A stretch of 63,753 nt of DNA, filler included, from Nemertoderma westbladi (Eukaryota; Animalia; Xenacoelomorpha): the NCBI GenBank assembly GCA_032718475.1. It is 3 parts of 3 records of this genome, joined end to end, with 100 filler letters (N's around TTAATTAATTAA, not from the genome) between each part and the next. Parts side by side here need not be neighbours in the genome. Positions count along the whole stretch, not along the records: positions 55,627 to 63,753 come from JAUCBJ010008634.1; 2 more parts are not named here. One strand, given 5' to 3'. Positions 58,802 through 63,753 of this stretch are shown here, piece after piece. The number at the start of each line of letters is the position of its first letter. The stretch's first letter is position 1. The notes beneath the pieces were generated by a model. It did not search any database, had not been told where the DNA came from, and saw only the letters and a list, made by a program, of their open reading frames with translations. A program made the translations under genes and the position numbers.

Positions 58802-61800
58802 CGAGGTAGATTGGTAACCAACCTCGTGCTCCCAATATTGCTTAAAACCAACTCTGTGTGGGCCTGGCTAGCGGAATTGAATACGCTAACATATATATAG
58901 AACAGTGTGCAGACATTGTAAGTCTTGCAGACTGCTTTATTAAAAAATTAGATGGTATTGGGCAGCAGATAGCAGATTATCACGCTAACTGTAACGATCA
59001 GAAAAGTCGTACCCAATACTTAGGCAAGTTTCGTAATTATCGCAAAACTTTGTTGCAACGTTTTTCGCAGATGCGAGAGGCTAAGCCAATCTTAGGTACA
59101 GGCATGCAGCCACAGCCTGTAACAGAAACGAAATCGCGTAACTCTCCAGTAGTACCCGACAATCAAGGCCTAGTTGATGCCGAGAAAGGTGTTCTAGAAT
59201 CCGGATACGAAGAAACAATGGATACAAATATGCAAAATTCAGTGTGTTCTGCAAATGACCTGCCTTTAAGATCACATTCTCTGTCTGGTCGGGTAGAGTC
59301 GCAGGCTGGCAGCCGCAGGACCGTTTTGTTTCGCACAAAAGAGCTTCTCATTCAGAGGAAGCTGACTCAAATCGAATATCAGCAAGCCCAACATGCAGAT
59401 CAAATAGCAAATCAACATGAGGAGGAACGAAAAGCACTGGAATTGCGCCTCAGATTGGTCCAAGCCCGAGCGGAACATGAAAAAATTGAAAATGAAGCGC
59501 AACAGCATATTATAAAACAAGACATTGACAGAGACTGCAGACAAAACGGATTGGCAAAGTACAATGAACTCGAAATTTCAAATGCTGAATTGATGGAGAT
59601 GGCAAAGGAGGAAGCTGAGCATACAGTTAACCCTACTGGTAGTTTGCATGAAATTGAACCATTATCTCTGCAACCACCCTATACTGTAAAGGTTACCGAT
59701 AGCTTAAGGGAGCCAGATTGGTTGGTTATCCCAGAAGGAGAAAATCATCCAGTGAGAAAAGTTGACACATCCACAACTTGAATCCATTGGTGCCCGAATT
59801 TAAAACTTCTACTCCGTTTTTACAGGACAACCTAATGGAAGATGGGCATAATCCAATCGTAAGTCAATCTCAACAAACACCTGATAGTGCGTTTCCTACA
59901 CAACTCATTGGTAGATTAAACGAAAATCAAGCACATGCAGTTTTTTCGCAAGCTCAAATTACCGGTAATAATAGGAAACCACGAGAAAGCATCTCTGAGT
60001 TACCACCTTCTGAACAAAGAGGCCAAGCCCTCGAAATGCAAGGATTTGGCGCCCTCAGAGATAGTGTCATTAATCTGACGCATCATGGTGCTTTGGATAG
60101 CAACATGAATACAGGCTATGGAGGTACAAATAACATTGCACATGGTGATTTAGGCGATGTAAGAAATACAGAATCTATTTCAAAACCAGTACAATATTAC
60201 AATAGCCTCTATAATTCTAAACCAACCCAACAAAAAGAAGAGATTACGAGGATGAGGGATGAAGATGAATATGATATGGCTATTGATAATCATCAAATCA
60301 ATTCTGGTAACATTGATTGCATTCCTCAGTTTCCTCACCAGCAGTTTTTCACTTCTCCAATTGGTAATTTCACACAGCATCCGGTGGAGGGATTGAAACC
60401 AATCCCAACTGTACCTGATAGTTGCGTCCCACAGACATTGGACACAGCTACCGCAATACAGCTGCAGATGCGTAATCTAATGAAAGACACCTTAGAGTCA
60501 AATAATGCGAATCGTAAGGCTAGGGATCGCATGACTACGCGGTTAACCTTACCGCCATTACAAATTGCTATTTTTAATGGTGAGCCAGAAGAGTATCTTA
60601 ACTTTTTGTGTAGCTTTATATGCATGATATATGGCAAAGAGCTATCTGAAGTTGAGAAGTTTCACCTTCTGGAAAGTCATTTAGGGCCAACTCCTAGGAG
60701 CTTGGTAATGGGTTATAGATCCCTAAGGGGTGGCTATGACGCAGTTTGGGAGACCCTTCATAAGCGTTATGGACACCCCAGTGTGTTAGTAGAGCACCTC
60801 ATAGAACAACTCACAGAGGAAGTTGACCTATCATCTGGCACTAAGGAGCAAAAGAGTGCCAAATTGCGAAATTATTCTGATAAGATTACTCAACGTATGT
60901 TGGCCCTCAAGCACTTTAAGTGTCTTAGGGAAATGAACTCGTCCAGTAATCTTAAAAGAGTTGCAAATAATTTGGAATCAAATACATTTCTCCGATGGCA
61001 GCGAAAGGCTTTTTACATCCGTCAATATACTGGACGTGAGCCCACTCTTCAAGAGTTGGCAGAGTTCATATCTCTGGAATCAGACATCCAGCATGATCCG
61101 GTATTCCAACAAAGGAAGACAAATACCAATTTGAAAGCTACTGCTAATTCAGCTAATGCAGCGGCAGTACCCATTAAAAGTTCAGATAATAAACAGAAAG
61201 TTACTACTATTAATAAATTAGGAAGTAAAACATTGGGTAATACTTCAAGTAGTAACATAACTGTAGGTTCAGTAAAATCGAATTATCCAAAAAACAAGTA
61301 GTAGTACAAATGAAAATATCCAAGCCCAAGCCAAAAATCCCCCATCTTCCTCAAAGGACGATGACCTATGCCCATACTGTAATGTCAAAGGACATAGATT
61401 ATATTTTTGTTCTGCTTTCCAGTATGCGCATATGGAAAAGAAAGCTGCTTGGTATGTTAACAACAAGCTTTGTCCTCATTGTGTCAGATCTGGGCATGAG
61501 GAAGCTTCATGTCCTACCTTACAACCAGAAGGTAAAGTTAACAAATGTCTGGCTTGTAAGACAACAGATCACGTAACAATAGTACATTTTATTGTTATGT
61601 TTTTGAAAGATAATCCAGACTTTAATGCAGCTAGTATAAAAATTCTAGGAACTGATGGTTTACTTAATAAACCTGACAGCATTTTGCTGAAATCATATGC
61701 AAATAACTTACCAGTGCAACTATACGAACCCACATCAAATGAGAGCATTTTGCACTCAAACAGAGACAATTATGAGACATGGTTGTCAGTAGTGCCTATT

Positions 61801-63753
61801 GAAGTACAGATATCAGGATGTAAATTGACTACTTATGCTCTTATTGACGGTGGTTCAACGCACACTGTGCTAAATAGTACATTGTTAAGTGCATTAAATG
61901 TTATTCACACTGGTCAAACCACAATGATGATACGCGAGGTCCTATCATCACATGTCAAAAGTGTGAAGACAGTGGATTGTACTTTACATAATGTACCAGG
62001 TCGTCAATAATAACTTTGCAATGCATATTGAAAAATCACTAGTGTTTGATGATCTACAACAGACTAAAGTACCAAACCTGGACAGTGTAGATTTATCAAA
62101 ATATCCACAATTTAAACGATATCTCATCGATAATTCTCCCCTAGACATTGACATTCCATCTGTGATTGTCATCATAGGTCGTGATGCTGGACTACTTACA
62201 GAAAAGGTAGTCATTGGCAGAACTGGCGATGATGGTCCAGCCCTGATACATACACCTTTTGGATATACAATTGTTGGAAAAGTTCCAACAAAATCTGAGT
62301 ATGTATGTGAGTTGCGTCACATCGAACTGGAAGAATACCCTGACCTGGTCTTATCCGTTCGGCAGCAACTTGGACTTGACAACATCGTAACAAAGTTATC
62401 AAATGACAAAGACCCTGAGAAATATGCCTTGTCACGAGATTCTCAACGTGCAATGGCAATTTTAAGAGAGACAACAGAGTTTTCTAATAATCGGTATTCA
62501 GTTGGTATGTTATGGCGTAACTCGCCACCACAACTGATAAATAACTATATCCTTGCAAAGAAATGCCTGGAACAGCTCATTAAACGCTTCGAGAAAACCC
62601 CAGATAAATATACGCAATATAATGATACATTCCAGGACTATTTCATTAAGGGATATGCAGAAAGGATGTCTCCAGCGGAAGCTGATGTAGTGACTCCGCA
62701 GACATATTACTTGCCCCATCATGCAGTTGAACATGCCAGTAAACCAGGTCGCATACGCATTGTGAACAATGCAGCTGCTACCTATAAAGGTATGTCACTT
62801 AATAATGAACTGCTTGATGGTCCTAGTCAGGTTACCAACCTAATTGGGGTCCTCTTAAGGTTTCGACAGGGGAGTATCGCTTTCTTATGTGATATAGAAG
62901 CGATGTTCCACCAAATAGTGGTACCTGAAAGGGATCGGGACAGTCTTCGCATCCTCTGGAAGGCACCAGGGAATGGTAAAATTGAGACCTTTCGAATGAC
63001 AAGACACATCTTTGGTGCAAGAGACTCACAATGTTCTGCATGTAGTGTACTAAGGCAATGTGGCATTGACCATGACCACTTATTCAAATCTGACATATCA
63101 AAGACTATCCAAGATAGTTTTTATGTTGACAACGGACTACCCTCGGTAGATTCTGTTGAAGACGCGGTCCAACTCGCCAAGGATCTCATAGGAGGACTGA
63201 AGCTTGGTGGATTCAATTTGACCAAGTTCTCGTCAAATAATCGGACATTCCTTGAATCACTTGACATAAATTCAATAAGTCCTAAAGTGGACCTGGATTT
63301 AGACCACCTCCCCATCAGCAGAGCTTTGGGGATAGTGTGGAATCCGAATACAGACTTCTTTACATTCGATGTAAATATCAAACAGAGACCGTTTACTAAG
63401 GCTGGCTGTCTTAGTAAACTGAACAGTGTGTATGATCCACTAGGATTCATAGCACCCTTCTTACTCTGTGGGAAGCTCATCCTTCTAGGATTATGGAAAC
63501 AAGACTATCACTGGAATGATGTGATAAGTCTAGATTTCCAAAGGACTTGGTCTAAATGGGAGGACCAATTGACATTATTATAGCAGGTAACAATACCTCG
63601 TATATTGCGACATGACTTACCAGCCAACTGTTGCTATCAATTACACCTATTCTCAGATGCATCTGACGAAGCATTTGGTGCTTGTGCTTATATAAGAGCA
63701 GAATATCAGGAAGATGTCCGATGTTCTTTGCTCTTTTCTAAGGGCCATTTCGC
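58802..63753 (+). mobile_element. Degenerate BEL/Pao gag-pol, 5' end displaced by the antisense insertion, continues past the window
   Basis: IFNGEPEEYLNF...EKFHLL; CPYCNVKGHRLYFC, CPHCVRSGHEEASC, CLACKTTDH; ALIDGGS; DIEAMF, FYVDN; LHLFSDAS. Frameshifts near 59780, 61290 and 62000, and a stop at 63581. Confidence 0.93.

Noticed and set aside
61285-61301. A AAA AAC slippery site before a stop in the second BEL
   Set aside because: The downstream frame is +1, not -1. An extra A in the homopolymer explains it, and BEL elements normally have one ORF.

Overview
This is AT-rich eukaryotic DNA, probably from an invertebrate, and most of it is nested transposable elements and tandem repeats. Two artificial 100-nt spacers (N44-TTAATTAATTAA-N44, at 29004-29103 and 55527-55626) split it into three contigs, so adjacency across them means nothing. 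Contig 1 (1-29003) holds a BEL/Pao LTR end and a Penelope-like GIY-YIG remnant with an intact minimal hammerhead ribozyme, which appears to interrupt a spliced beta/gamma-crystallin-domain gene missed by the ORF track. It also holds CRE-, RTE- and Penelope-type fragments, an apparently intact CR1-group LINE nested in an older LINE that carries a 2A-like peptide, and a large BEL/Pao element. The intact LINE has a G-GGA-AAC -1 frameshift signal at its ORF1/ORF2 junction, and the BEL/Pao element has an unusual cluster of consensus splice donors. Contig 2 (29104-55526) has several satellites and a head-to-tail ~4-kb duplication embedded in a 52/53-bp satellite; each copy carries a direct-repeat-flanked pseudo-tRNA element. 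It ends in an uninterrupted >2050-aa ORF with ~9 C4 zinc ribbons, an OTU-like protease and a divergent Helitron-like pre-Rep region, cut by the contig end. That ORF is the best candidate for a poorly described system. Contig 3 (55627-63753) has an LTR element inserted antisense into a second BEL/Pao. All family assignments come from motifs read by eye; no database searches were run.
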